Assembly: GCA_964418255.1 (NCBI GenBank)
Contig: CAYQKV010000002.1
Location: 108,421-172,420 of the forward strand
Source of the DNA: an uncultured Christensenella sp.
GTDB lineage: Bacteria > Bacillota > Clostridia > Christensenellales > DTU072
Length of the DNA stretch: 64,000 bases
Direction: 5' to 3'
Translations under genes and position numbers: made by a program
Part shown: piece by piece, positions 17,846-28,393 of the stretch
Numbering within the stretch: the stretch's first letter is position 1
Layout: the number at the start of each line of letters is the position of its first letter
Notes under the pieces: model-generated
What the model was told of the DNA's origin: nothing
Database searches by the model: none
The model's input: the letters and a program-made list of their open reading frames with translations, nothing else

Positions 17846-18115
17846 TGTTTTTGTAAGGGAAGAGCGCGAGAGGGGAGAAACTTATATATTCGACACGAAC
17901 GTGCGCGTACCGAGAGTGTCGCCTTTATGGGGGTAAGCAAGGGGAGTGAACCCCTTGCGAGCTTACATAACAAGCAAAATGTGTCATTTTGCTTCCTTGG
18001 TAGTCCGACTTATGCGGATTAAGAAATCGTCCGCGTGTCGAATTCATCTCGACCGCGAGCGATTTTCCGCATAACGTTTGGTCGGGTGTAGTCTAAAAAG
18101 TTTTCCTCTCTCGCA
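17846..18115 (+). repeat. Structured repeat element, subfamily 2, single core inside inverted-repeat arms
   Basis: Left arm gcgcgagaggggagaaactt (17864-17883). Core begins cgacacgaacg..gtgtcg. Right arm aaagttttcctctctcgc (18098-18115). Core is homologous to the 203-bp units at 56477-57150. Confidence 0.85.
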
Positions 18116-18120
18116 CGCTA

Positions 18121-19188
18121 CTATTGCACAAAAGAAAAAGCGAAATCGCCGTCGCTGTCGATGGTAAGAATGATGGTGCCGTTAAGGTCGGTGCGGTAGA
18201 CCGAGGCGTCTGCCGCTTCGAGACGGGCGAGGGCGTCGGGAGTGGGGTGACCGTATTTGTTATCCTGTTCGTCAACGCAGATAATCGCGTACTCGGCTTG
18301 CACGTAAGCGAGAAATTCGGTCGTGGACGAATGTTGGCTGCCGTGGTGAGCGACTTTGAGAAAATCGACGTCCATATCGTAACTTTCGCTGTACAGAATA
18401 AACCATTCCTCTTCTTCGCTCGGCGCGTCGCCCGTAAGAAGGAGTTTTCTCCCGCCGTAGGTAAGCAAGGTAATAATCGACATACCGTTTTTGATTTTGC
18501 TTTCGGTCTTTGTAAAGCCGTCGTTGCCGGGAGAAAAGAAAGTGAGAACGCAGTCGCCGACCGTTAAATCAAACGTAGAACTTTCGGGCGTATCGATAAT
18601 ATGTAACGTCGCGCCGTCCTCGGCTTTCGCCTTGTCCGTGAACTTTCGATAGGTAGCGGAACCGTCCTCATAATAATCGTTAAAATAAAAGTTTTTTATA
18701 ACGTAGTCGTCCACGACCTGACTCATCATATTGACGTGGTCGCTGTCCGGATGTGTGACGACAAGATAGTCGATAACGTCTCCCTCCACGACGTCGGATA
18801 AGTATGAATAATACCGCGTCTTCGTCGCGGACGAAGCGGAAAGTCCGCTGCCCGCGTCCACAAGCATATATTTGTTTTCGGGAAGTTCGATTACTATCCC
18901 GTCGCCCTGACCGACGAACACGAAATGAATTTTTATCGGCACGCCGTCTATTTCGCCGACGGAATCGCCCCGCACCGTAGCGGAAGTCCCGCCGCTTGCG
19001 CCGCCATTATTGCCGTTTCCGTCGTCTAAGTTGTCGTCCTGCGTTTCGCCGAGGATAGCGTCGATTACGCTATCGAGTTTTCCTGTTTTATATAAAACTA
19101 TCGTTAAGGCTACCAAAACGAGGATAAGGAGCACCGCAATTATGATTATTGCTGTCTGATTACTTTTTCGAGATTTTCTTTTTGCCAT
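18121..19188 (-). CDS. Membrane-anchored MBL-fold hydrolase, ComEC/Rec2 C-terminal-domain-like
   Basis: N-terminal TM anchor, HxHxDH-type motif (VVTHPDSDHVNMM), and VAHHGSQHS. Confidence 0.7.
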   Translation of the reverse strand: MAKRKSRKSNQTAIIIIAVLLILVLVALTIVLYKTGKLDSVIDAILGETQDDNLDDGNGNNGGASGGTSATVRGDSVGEIDGVPIKIHFVFVGQGDGIVIELPENKYMLVDAGSGLSASSATKTRYYSYLSDVVEGDVIDYLVVTHPDSDHVNMMSQVVDDYVIKNFYFNDYYEDGSATYRKFTDKAKAEDGATLHIIDTPESSTFDLTVGDCVLTFFSPGNDGFTKTESKIKNGMSIITLLTYGGRKLLLTGDAPSEEEEWFILYSESYDMDVDFLKVAHHGSQHSSTTEFLAYVQAEYAIICVDEQDNKYGHPTPDALARLEAADASVYRTDLNGTIILTIDSDGDFAFSFVQ

Positions 19189-19425
19189 ACCGTCCGCCTT
19201 ATAGTATTTTGCAGGCTTATGAGCCCGAGAAAAATTTTATCGAAAATATTATATGCCAAACGCGATTTTTGCGCAAGAAAAAGGGCGGGCATATCGCATT
19301 TTTGCGCAATAAAAACAAAGTCGCGGAATAGCGGTTTTATTTCGATAAGCGGGATACGGGCAAGGTTTGCTTATCGGTTTTCTCCGAAATAACAGCAAGC
19401 GTATAAGCTGAAATAGATTTTAACA

Positions 19426-19455
19426 TTGACAAAACGCGCGGTATTATTGTATAAT
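19426..19455 (+). promoter_or_regulatory. Sigma-70 promoter for the giant LRR lipoprotein gene
   Basis: ttgaca (19426-19431), 18-nt spacer, tataat (19450-19455). Implies a 5' UTR of about 170 nt. Confidence 0.55.
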
Positions 19456-19633
19456 CGTTTTGTATTTTTATTTATGCGCGCACGCAGAGCGCGTACGCAT
19501 AAAGAAAAGACGGAGTGCGCATATAGCGTTTTGCCGATTGTCCGGAAAGTCCGCTTCGTTTATGCGGCGGCGAAATTACTTACTTTTCCGAAAGACAAAC
19601 GCAATCTGTTCACACCGTGTAAAGGCGCGAGGT

Positions 19634-22600
19634 ATGATGATGAAAACTAAAAGATGTACGGGTCTGAAAATTGCCGTTACGGCTATCGCGGCGGCGCTGC
19701 TTACGATGTTGCTTTCGGCGTGTTTCGGGACGCATACCGTAATTACGTTTCAGACGAACGGCGGTTCTCCCTGCGAGTCGATTACCGTAGACGGAGAAAC
19801 CGAAAGCATTACGTTGCCCACGCCGACGAGAGACGGTTACGACTTCGACGGGTGGTACGCCAACCGCGCGTTGACCGAGTCCGTTCCGAACGTTCTCACG
19901 GGAGAGAGTATTCCCACCGCAAGCGTTACTTTTTACGCGAAATGGCTCGTTAAACAGATTACCATAACTTTTGTGGCGGGAGACGACGTCGTCGAAAAAC
20001 GCGTGCTCGACTACGACTCGTACGTTTATGCGGAAGATTTTCCGTCTCTTGCCGACTATCCCGATTATCGTTGGAACAACGCTACGTTCAGGGCGCAGTA
20101 CGACCGTACGATAACCGCGGTGAAAGTGACGGTCGAAGACCCGGAATACACCGTGTCTTACTATGTCCCCGGTGAAGACGGTTTTTCCTTATACGCTTCC
20201 CGAAAAGGGACGGAAGGCACGGCTATCGTATCTCCCGAAAATCCCGTTTCTCCCGACGGCGACTCCGCTAAATATTTCGCGGGATGGTACTACGACGAAA
20301 ATTACGTCAATCTCTGCCGCGAGCTTCCGAGCAGTATAGGGGGAGAAAACCTTTCTTTCTACGCTAAGTTCGAAGAGGCGGGAGACGATTCGAGATACTT
20401 ATTCTATGAAGAAACCGCCGACGGAACGGGCGTGACTATTATCGGTTTTACCGTGGTCGGAGGATACCAGCCTACGGTGTCCATTCCTTCCGAGATAGGC
20501 GGCAAACCCGTAGTCGCGTTGGGTACGGGCGGAGAGCCCGCGGCAAAAGGCGCGCTCGGCTCGACGTTTTTGAAACGCGTGGTGGTTCCCGCGTCGGTGC
20601 GGGAGATAAGAGACTGGGCTTTCGCGGGGTGTACCGCGCTCGAAGAGGTTATTTTTACGGGCGACGCGGTTACTTCGATAGGTAAAGGAGCGTTCGCGGG
20701 GTGCGTTTCTCTTGCGGCGTTTAACCTACCCGATAACGTGACGAGCGTGGGCGATTACGCGTTCGCGGGGATAGGAACGGGCGGAACGGAAGACGTCGAA
20801 ATCGACGGGCTTACGGGAAAATGGACGAAAACGGAAATGAAACTTGCGCGTTTCAACTCGGGTTCGGCGAGCAAACTTTCCGCGCTCGGCGCGTATGCGT
20901 TTTATAACTGCCCGCAACTTGTCGGCGTCAAACTCGGCGCGGTTATGAGAGAATTCAACTACCTTGCGTTTATGGGAAGCGGCATTGCCGAAGTGGAATT
21001 TTACGAAGGGGGCAACCTTACGGGCATAGACGGCGCGGTGTATTCGCGTTCGGGAGCGACCCTTTACTATTATCCGCTTAACGGTAAAGTTGAATATACG
21101 ATGCCGCAAAGCGTAACGGCTGTCGCGCCTTACGCGTTCTACGCAAACGGCAATATAAAAACAGTCACGGTTTCGCCGCGGCTTGTTTCGATAGGAGAAA
21201 AAGCCTTCGCCGAGTGCTCTGCGCTCGAAAGCGCGTATTTAAGAGATTCCGTCCTTTCTTCTGTGGGAGAAAGCGCGTTCGAAAACTGCGTGTCTCTCGG
21301 AAGAATAGTTTTCCCTGCGACGCTCGTAACTCTTTCTTCTTCCGCGTTCGCTTCCTGCTCTGCGCTCGAAAGCGTTACGTTCGAAGGAAGCGCGCTTTCC
21401 GCGATAGGGGACAGGGCGTTTGAAAATTGCGTTTCGCTCGGTTCGATTACCGTACCGACGGACGTGACGAGCATAGGAAATTATGCGTTCGGAAATTGTA
21501 CTTCTCTCGCGTATCTGCGGTTCGGGACGAGGAGTAAACTGACGTTCGTCGGCGATTACGCGTTTTACGAATGCAGAAGCATCGGCTCGGTGTTGTTGCC
21601 GTCGGGAATAACTTCGATAGGAAGGTACGCGTTCGCTTCGGAAAGCGGCAGAATGGAATTCGAATTCGACGGAGATACCGATTTAAGCAACCTCGAATAC
21701 ATAGGCGATTGCGCGTTTATGAACACGCGAATAGCTTCGGTTACCATATCGGGGAAAATCGCGTCGAACGACGCGCTCGGGAAATACGTTTTCAAAAACT
21801 GCACTATGCTTAGACAGGCGTTCTTCTCGCCCGCCGCGTATACCGCTGTGCCCGAAGGACTGTTTTACGGTTGTACTTCTCTTACGAGAATAAGATTTTC
21901 GGGAAATATCCGCTCGGTGGGAGCGTACGCGTTTTATAACTGCGCGGCTATGGAATGGGCGGAATTCGGTTCGGGCGTTACGGAAATTTACGAAAGCGCG
22001 TTCGAAAACTGCGTTTCCCTTACCAACCCGGGAGCGGACCAAAGAGTTCTGCCACGCAACCTTACCTATCTCGGGTCGAGGGCGTTTTATAACTGTTCTT
22101 CCCTCGAAACCGTCAATATACCCGCAAATCTTGCGAAAATAGAGAAAGAAACTTTCGCGCGGTGCTCTTCGCTTACCGATATAAACTACGACGACGGTGC
22201 GGTTCTCGCCACGATAGGGGAAAACGCGTTTGCGTACTGTTCGAGCCTGCAAAGGGCGGCTTTGCCCGTTTCCCTTGCGGAGAGGAACGAAGACAACGCG
22301 AGCGGATTTGTGGGAAATCCTTTCTACGGGTGCGCGAATTTGAGAGAATACGTCTTCGCGGGAACGCCAGAAGGAACGTTGTTCGCCGAGGACGGAGTTG
22401 TCTATCGCAAGCTGGAAAAGGCGAGCGTTGAGGGCGAATACGCCGCGGAAAGGGCGATTTACGCGTATCCTACCGCAAAATCCACGGCGACGTTCAATGT
22501 TTCGACAAACGTCGCGGTTATCGACGCGTACGCGTTTTACGGATGCGTAATAAGAGGGCTCGGGTTTGCGAGAAATACCGAAGTCGGCGGAACGGAAAGC

Positions 22601-25600
22601 GTGGTTTTGGTGTCGATAGGGGACTACGCGTTCGCCGACACGCAGATAACGACGGCGAATATTTCCTTCCGCGTGTACGAAATAGGAGAAGGCGCGTTCA
22701 GAAACAGCCAACTGAGCAGCGTGACCGTGGACGGAACTTATATTTACGACGGAATAAGCGATTATTCGATAATAAATACCGATACCGACAGAGCGAACAA
22801 TCTGATTTCCATAGGAGCGTACGCGTTTGCCGAGACTTCGATAGCGACGTTTACCGCGCCGTCGAGAACGGCTTTGCTCGGAGAGGGTGCGCTCAGTTCG
22901 GATTACAAACTTTCGTCGGTGACGCTTACGGGAGGGAATTTAACCGAACTTACGCTCGGCGCGCGGCTTTTCGAAAAGGACAACCTCATTACCGAAATCA
23001 CCCTGCCGTCCTCGGTAGTCGAAGTGGGAGCGTACGCGTTTTATCGCTGTTCCAACCTCGGTTCGGTGCGCTTTGTTTCGGGCGGTTCGTTCGGACTGAC
23101 CATCGGAGACTACGCGTTTTCCGAAGCGCATTATCTGTATGAAATAACTTTGCCGTCCACCGTGGTTTCCCTCGGAACGGGCGTGTTCGACGGCGATACC
23201 AGACTTAAATACGTATACTTCCCGGAGACTCTTACCGTTGCGACCGACCTTGCCGTACCCGACAGAGCTTTTGAAGGTATGCCCGCGCTTAACGAGCTGG
23301 AAATTCCCGAGTATATCTCGAAAATAGGGGAAAAAGCGTTCGCGTCATCCGCGCTTAGAAGCATAACCTTCCTCGGAACGGAAGATTCGGTCGGACTGGA
23401 AATAGCAAGCGAAGCGTTCGCAAAACTCGACGGACTTACCGAAATAACCCTTCCCGCGAATTTAACCGCAATAGGAGAAAGAGCGTTCGCGTATTCTGCG
23501 TTGAAAGAAGTAGTTTACGGAGAGGGCAAAACCTTTACGATAGGCGACGGAGCGTTTGAAGGAACCGCGCTTACCCAATTTACGGCGACGGAAAGAGTGT
23601 CGAAAATCGGGAAGAGAAGTTTTGCAAACGTCGCTACCCTTACCTCTTTTACATCCGCGGATACGGTGACGGAAATACCCGATATGGCGTTCTACGGAGA
23701 CGCGCGCCTTTCGAATTTATCCCTCGGAAACGCGGTGACGAGCCTTGGAAGAGAATGTTTTTACGGAACGGGAATTACCGAATTCCTTTCCGAATCGGTG
23801 ACGGAAATAGGCGTCTCCGCGTTCGGGAATTCGGCGGTTAAGAAAGTATCGTTTGTTTCTTCTTCGAAAATCACGGTGGAAGAAAGAGCGTTCGAAAACG
23901 CGAGAGCGCTTGCGGAAGCGAGCTTCGAAGCGGCGGGAGAAATAGTTATCGGCGAAAACGCGTTCGAAAACAACGCGGCGCTTATCGCGCTTACTGTAAA
24001 AGGCGCGACGGCGGTACTTGCGGACGGGTTCGCTTCGGGAGCGACCTCGCTCGGAGAAGGGTTCTCGTTCGAAGAAACCGACTCTGCGTACGCTAATTAC
24101 AAGTTCGACGAAGAGGAAAAAGTACTGTACTCGGCGGATGGAAAGAAATTCGTATATTATCCCGCGGGCAAGACGGGTTCGGTGTTTACCCTTGCAAGCG
24201 AAGTGGAAGAAATCGGTCCTTACGCGTTCTATGCGAACGCGGGGATTACCGCGCTTATTATAGAAGGGGAAAACGTCGTAAGGAGCGATACCAGTTTCGG
24301 ATATACGAGCGCGGACCTTACTTTCTACGTCGCTTCCGACCTGGTGGAACAGTATATAAACAGATGGCAGACGAGCGCGTTTGCGGCGCGGTCGACCGTG
24401 CTCGGCGGGTTCGTTCTCGCGTTGCAGAGTTCGGGAGATTACAGCGTAACCGAATACCTCGGAGCGGACGACTACGTGGAAATAACCGGCGAAATGACGG
24501 ACGAAGAGGGTAAAACTTACGTCGTTTCTTCCGTCGGAGAAAACGCGTTCAGAAACAATACCGTCATACGGACTCTCGTAATAGACGGAGGGATAAAGAC
24601 GATAGCGAGCGGAGCGTTCCGCAACTGTTACAAACTCGCCTCGGTTACGATAGGAGAAAACGTGACGAGCGTGAAGAGTTACGCGTTTTATAACTGCGCC
24701 GCGCTGGAAAGCGTGGAGTTTGCGGGAGAAAGCAGTCTGATAAGCATAGGAAATTACGCGTTTGCGCGGGACGGTGAGCTCAAAGAATTCTCCGTACCAG
24801 ACGGGGTGGAGAGCATAGGAATATTCGCGTTTTCGGGAGATTACAGTCTTAAAGAAATCACGATAGGAAACGGGCTTGCGGAAATAGGCAACAACGCGTT
24901 CGAAAACTGTTCGTCAATCGTATCCGTCGCTATGCCCGCGTCGCTGTCGAAAATGGGAAGTTACGTTTTCAGCGGTTGCGATAACCTCGTATACCTCGAT
25001 ATAGGCAATCCGTCGGTGTGCTCGATAGAAAGCAACACGTTTAACGGAACGCCCGAAAGTTTGTATTTCTTCGTTCCCGATTCTGCGGCGGCAAGACTTT
25101 ACAAAGCGGACGGGGTGTGGAGAACGCATATCAGCAAAATTCTGTCCGCGGAAGAGCGTTGCGCGGAAGAAGGGTTTGAAAACTACGTCCTTAGAAACGA
25201 CGGGACGGGGTATACGCTTATAGCGTATCTCGGCACGGAAACCGACGTGGAAATCGTATCCGATATTTCCGACGACGTGAAAATCGAAGAAATAGGCGAG
25301 TATGCGATAGGACAGTTTGCGAAAAACGTGACGGTTGATGACGGCGTAAAAGTAATAGGAGAACGCGCGTTCTATCAGGCGAAAAACCTCGCTACGCTCG
25401 TTCTTCCGTCAAGCTTGGAAGAAATCGGTTCTTACGCGTTTCAATATCTCGAAAAATTGACTTCGGTAACCGTAAACGACGGGTCCGTCCTCGCTTCGAT
25501 AGGACCTTACGCGTTTTACGGATGTACGGGACTTACCGAAATCGTGTTGCCCGCTTCTTTAAGAACCGTGGGGGACTACGCGTTTTCGTGCGCGGACGGA

Positions 25601-27775
25601 GAAAGTATGAACTTGAAAACGGCGCTTTTCTTACACGACGCCGTAGGCGGAACGGACGGGACGGGAGCGAGCGTATATATTTCGATAGGAAGAAAGGCGT
25701 TCGCAAACAACGCCGAGCTTAAAACGCTTACGTTCAACTGCCGCGTGTCGGCAATCGGAGACGGCGCGTTCGACGGGTGCGAAAGTCTCGACAGTCTGTA
25801 CCTTAATTACAATCCGACGAGAAACACTTCCGATATGGTGGCTTCGGTAAGCGGAAACGGAGTGTTCGGCGGGTGCGAAAAACTTTCGGTGTTCCTGCCC
25901 ACGACGGCGATAACGGGACAGTACAGGACGGTATGGACGTCGGACTACGACAAACATAAACTTACCGCGGTTACTTACCGCGACACTCTCGGCTTCGTGT
26001 ACGCGGTTACTTCCACGTCGAACAGACAGGTTACCGTTATTAACTATCTCGGCGATGATACCGAAGTTAACTTCCCGACGGAGACGCAAATCGGACAGGA
26101 AGTGTACAGAGTGGTGCGTATAGGCAGAGAGAAATACGGGACTGCGGAAGAGGTAAACGGACGGATTATAGGAAACAACGTTACGAAAGTAACGATACCC
26201 TCCACGGTCGTCACGATAGGAGAGGACGCGTTCAGGGACAGCGAAAATCTTAAAGAAGTCACGATGGGGACGAGCGTAAACACGATAGAAGGATATGCGT
26301 TTGCCGGGTGCAAAAAACTTACCGACATAACCATACCTCTTTCGGTGACGACGATAGAAGCGTACGCGTTTTACGACTGCGACAGTCTTAACACGGGACT
26401 GCGTTTTGCGGAGTCTGTCGCCCCGCCCGCCACCCCCACCCTTATTATCGGAGGATACGCGTTTGCCGAGTGCGACGAACTTGCTTCTTTCTACGTGCCC
26501 AACCACGTCAGAACGATAGGCGGCGTAAGAACGACGGGAAGCGTAAACGTCGGGCATACGTTCGAAAACTGCGTAAACCTTACTAAAATAACTTTCTCGT
26601 CCGACGCGCTCATTACGGCAATCGAAGGATATAACTTCGTGAATACGGCGATTGAAGAAATCGTCCTTCCCCGTTCGCTGGAAACGGTGGCGGATTACGC
26701 GTTTGCAAACTGCTCGAAACTTCTGAGAGTGGTAGTGGAAAGGGAAATCGGCGCGGGCGTTTCCACACCGACGACTGCGGGGAACAACGTGTTCGACGGC
26801 ATAGACAACCCTCAATTAAAAGTTTACGTTCCGTCGGCGTCTTACGACGTGTACGCGGCAAGCCGCGGTTGGAACGTAAAAACGGTAATAGAAAACAACG
26901 TTACGCCCGACGGACTGTTCGCTTATAAACTCGACGGAACGGGCGACGGCGCGTACATAACCCTTACCGACTATCGCGGAACGGAGGAAATCTGCGTCGT
27001 GCCGAGGTTGGTGACGTTGCAAAGCCGTGATTATTACGTTACCACGATAGGCAGATATTTTGCCGCTTCGTACGTGAAAAAAGTCGAGTTCGAAAACGTT
27101 TCGTCGGTTACGGCTTTGGCGGAGTACGCGTTCGCGTCGTGCTATATGCTCGAAGAAATACATCTGCCCGACGGAATAACGACGATAGGAGCGCACGCGT
27201 TCGAAGGGTGCGTAAAACTTACCGATATAACGCTTTCCGCTTCTCTGTCGGAAATCAAAGAATTTACGTTCTATAATTGCAATTCGCTTAAAGAAATCGT
27301 TCTGCCCGAGGAAATTCTCAGCATCGGACCGTCGGCGTTTTACCGCTGTTCCAACCTTTCGAGAGTGGTCGTTAAGTTCGGGAAAAACCTCAACGAAAGC
27401 AACGTGGGCGCGTCGATAGGAAACTCCGCGTTCGGTGACGCGGGCACGGGCGCGGGCGGACTGGCTATTATAGTCCCCGACGACAAATACGCGGTATTCC
27501 GCGCGGGCTGGATTGCGGACAGAGACCGTATTTATTCGGCAAGCAACGTCGTGGGCGACTACGTGGTCAGAATAAACGATATGGGAACCGCGCTTACCCT
27601 CGTGCAGTACGTCGGCAACGCCGAGACGCTTGACCTTACGGAAATTTCTATGATGGGACTGTACGTCGATACAATCGCGGAAAACGCCATAGCGAGCGAA
27701 CTTACTACGATAATCGTGGGTAAAAACGTAGTTTTCCCGTCGGATATTGCGGACAGGATACAGATAAAGGAATAA
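19634..27775 (+). CDS. Giant surface lipoprotein (2713 aa) with a Listeria-Bacteroides-type repeat and many BspA-type leucine-rich repeats
   Basis: Start moved to ATG 19634 (MMMKTKR...LLSAC lipobox). The N-terminal segment FQTNGGS....P.RDGYDFDGWY is followed by dozens of repeats of the form IGxYAFxxCxSLxSVxIPxSVTSIGxxAF. Confidence 0.9.
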   Translation: MMMKTKRCTGLKIAVTAIAAALLTMLLSACFGTHTVITFQTNGGSPCESITVDGETESITLPTPTRDGYDFDGWYANRALTESVPNVLTGESIPTASVTFYAKWLVKQITITFVAGDDVVEKRVLDYDSYVYAEDFPSLADYPDYRWNNATFRAQYDRTITAVKVTVEDPEYTVSYYVPGEDGFSLYASRKGTEGTAIVSPENPVSPDGDSAKYFAGWYYDENYVNLCRELPSSIGGENLSFYAKFEEAGDDSRYLFYEETADGTGVTIIGFTVVGGYQPTVSIPSEIGGKPVVALGTGGEPAAKGALGSTFLKRVVVPASVREIRDWAFAGCTALEEVIFTGDAVTSIGKGAFAGCVSLAAFNLPDNVTSVGDYAFAGIGTGGTEDVEIDGLTGKWTKTEMKLARFNSGSASKLSALGAYAFYNCPQLVGVKLGAVMREFNYLAFMGSGIAEVEFYEGGNLTGIDGAVYSRSGATLYYYPLNGKVEYTMPQSVTAVAPYAFYANGNIKTVTVSPRLVSIGEKAFAECSALESAYLRDSVLSSVGESAFENCVSLGRIVFPATLVTLSSSAFASCSALESVTFEGSALSAIGDRAFENCVSLGSITVPTDVTSIGNYAFGNCTSLAYLRFGTRSKLTFVGDYAFYECRSIGSVLLPSGITSIGRYAFASESGRMEFEFDGDTDLSNLEYIGDCAFMNTRIASVTISGKIASNDALGKYVFKNCTMLRQAFFSPAAYTAVPEGLFYGCTSLTRIRFSGNIRSVGAYAFYNCAAMEWAEFGSGVTEIYESAFENCVSLTNPGADQRVLPRNLTYLGSRAFYNCSSLETVNIPANLAKIEKETFARCSSLTDINYDDGAVLATIGENAFAYCSSLQRAALPVSLAERNEDNASGFVGNPFYGCANLREYVFAGTPEGTLFAEDGVVYRKLEKASVEGEYAAERAIYAYPTAKSTATFNVSTNVAVIDAYAFYGCVIRGLGFARNTEVGGTESVVLVSIGDYAFADTQITTANISFRVYEIGEGAFRNSQLSSVTVDGTYIYDGISDYSIINTDTDRANNLISIGAYAFAETSIATFTAPSRTALLGEGALSSDYKLSSVTLTGGNLTELTLGARLFEKDNLITEITLPSSVVEVGAYAFYRCSNLGSVRFVSGGSFGLTIGDYAFSEAHYLYEITLPSTVVSLGTGVFDGDTRLKYVYFPETLTVATDLAVPDRAFEGMPALNELEIPEYISKIGEKAFASSALRSITFLGTEDSVGLEIASEAFAKLDGLTEITLPANLTAIGERAFAYSALKEVVYGEGKTFTIGDGAFEGTALTQFTATERVSKIGKRSFANVATLTSFTSADTVTEIPDMAFYGDARLSNLSLGNAVTSLGRECFYGTGITEFLSESVTEIGVSAFGNSAVKKVSFVSSSKITVEERAFENARALAEASFEAAGEIVIGENAFENNAALIALTVKGATAVLADGFASGATSLGEGFSFEETDSAYANYKFDEEEKVLYSADGKKFVYYPAGKTGSVFTLASEVEEIGPYAFYANAGITALIIEGENVVRSDTSFGYTSADLTFYVASDLVEQYINRWQTSAFAARSTVLGGFVLALQSSGDYSVTEYLGADDYVEITGEMTDEEGKTYVVSSVGENAFRNNTVIRTLVIDGGIKTIASGAFRNCYKLASVTIGENVTSVKSYAFYNCAALESVEFAGESSLISIGNYAFARDGELKEFSVPDGVESIGIFAFSGDYSLKEITIGNGLAEIGNNAFENCSSIVSVAMPASLSKMGSYVFSGCDNLVYLDIGNPSVCSIESNTFNGTPESLYFFVPDSAAARLYKADGVWRTHISKILSAEERCAEEGFENYVLRNDGTGYTLIAYLGTETDVEIVSDISDDVKIEEIGEYAIGQFAKNVTVDDGVKVIGERAFYQAKNLATLVLPSSLEEIGSYAFQYLEKLTSVTVNDGSVLASIGPYAFYGCTGLTEIVLPASLRTVGDYAFSCADGESMNLKTALFLHDAVGGTDGTGASVYISIGRKAFANNAELKTLTFNCRVSAIGDGAFDGCESLDSLYLNYNPTRNTSDMVASVSGNGVFGGCEKLSVFLPTTAITGQYRTVWTSDYDKHKLTAVTYRDTLGFVYAVTSTSNRQVTVINYLGDDTEVNFPTETQIGQEVYRVVRIGREKYGTAEEVNGRIIGNNVTKVTIPSTVVTIGEDAFRDSENLKEVTMGTSVNTIEGYAFAGCKKLTDITIPLSVTTIEAYAFYDCDSLNTGLRFAESVAPPATPTLIIGGYAFAECDELASFYVPNHVRTIGGVRTTGSVNVGHTFENCVNLTKITFSSDALITAIEGYNFVNTAIEEIVLPRSLETVADYAFANCSKLLRVVVEREIGAGVSTPTTAGNNVFDGIDNPQLKVYVPSASYDVYAASRGWNVKTVIENNVTPDGLFAYKLDGTGDGAYITLTDYRGTEEICVVPRLVTLQSRDYYVTTIGRYFAASYVKKVEFENVSSVTALAEYAFASCYMLEEIHLPDGITTIGAHAFEGCVKLTDITLSASLSEIKEFTFYNCNSLKEIVLPEEILSIGPSAFYRCSNLSRVVVKFGKNLNESNVGASIGNSAFGDAGTGAGGLAIIVPDDKYAVFRAGWIADRDRIYSASNVVGDYVVRINDMGTALTLVQYVGNAETLDLTEISMMGLYVDTIAENAIASELTTIIVGKNVVFPSDIADRIQIKE

Positions 27776-27817
27776 AAACAAAACGCCGTTTTATAACGGA
27801 ACAAAAGAGGTGAAGAT

Positions 27818-28357
27818 ATGGAATTTTACACAGTGGACATCGACGGGAGAAAGGAAGACCTTCCCGTTCTTACGATAGGAGAAAACCTGAAAATAGCGTT
27901 TTTCAATTTGCACGGAGCGCAGGAACTTACCGAGTATTGCGCGGTTAAACTTGCTAAGAAGATAAGAGAGACGGGCGCGGAAGTGGTGATGACGGCGGAA
28001 AGCAAAGGATTACAGCTTGCGCATTGCGTGGCGAGAGAACTCGGACAGAAATTTTACGCGGTGGCAAGAAAATCGAAAAAACTCTATATGCAGGACGGCA
28101 TCAGTTCTACCGTAAAATCGATAACGACGGCGGGAGAGCAGACGCTGTATCTTTCAAAGCACGACGCCGAACTCATAAAAGGAAAGAAAATAGCTATCGT
28201 GGACGACGTCATCAGTACGGGCGGAAGTCTTAAAGGACTGGAAGAACTTGCCAATCAGATGGGCGCGGAAATCGTATGCAAAGCGTTCGTGCTTGCCGAA
28301 GGCGCGGCGGCGGAGAGAGAAGACGTCGTGTATCTCGGCACGATTCCGCTGCTGTAA
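27818..28357 (+). CDS. Phosphoribosyltransferase-family protein (purine PRT-like)
   Basis: PRPP-binding motif KKIAIVDDVISTGGSL. Confidence 0.7.
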   Translation: MEFYTVDIDGRKEDLPVLTIGENLKIAFFNLHGAQELTEYCAVKLAKKIRETGAEVVMTAESKGLQLAHCVARELGQKFYAVARKSKKLYMQDGISSTVKSITTAGEQTLYLSKHDAELIKGKKIAIVDDVISTGGSLKGLEELANQMGAEIVCKAFVLAEGAAAEREDVVYLGTIPLL

Positions 28358-28393
28358 TTTAATATCTGACAAAGGAAGAAGTTTTAATATTAT

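Noticed and set aside
19596-19612. 14-nt identity (aaacgcaatctgtt) between the leaders of the two large lipoprotein genes (19.6 kb and 36.83 kb)
   Set aside because: By rough expectation, several 14-mer matches are expected by chance in 64 kb. There is no flanking similarity.
19460-19633. 58-codon N-terminal extension of the giant ORF (track start 19460), plus ORF 19426..19650
   Set aside because: The extension begins inside or just after the predicted -10 and has no RBS. The MMMKTKR... start at 19634 gives a proper lipoprotein signal peptide.
20726-27781. Series of long minus-strand ORFs (20726..21109, 21683..22711, 25631..26815, 26816..27781 and others) inside the giant LRR gene
   Set aside because: All are antisense to a continuous 2713-aa frame with clear repeat structure. 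They have low-complexity R/F/V-rich translations and no start context.
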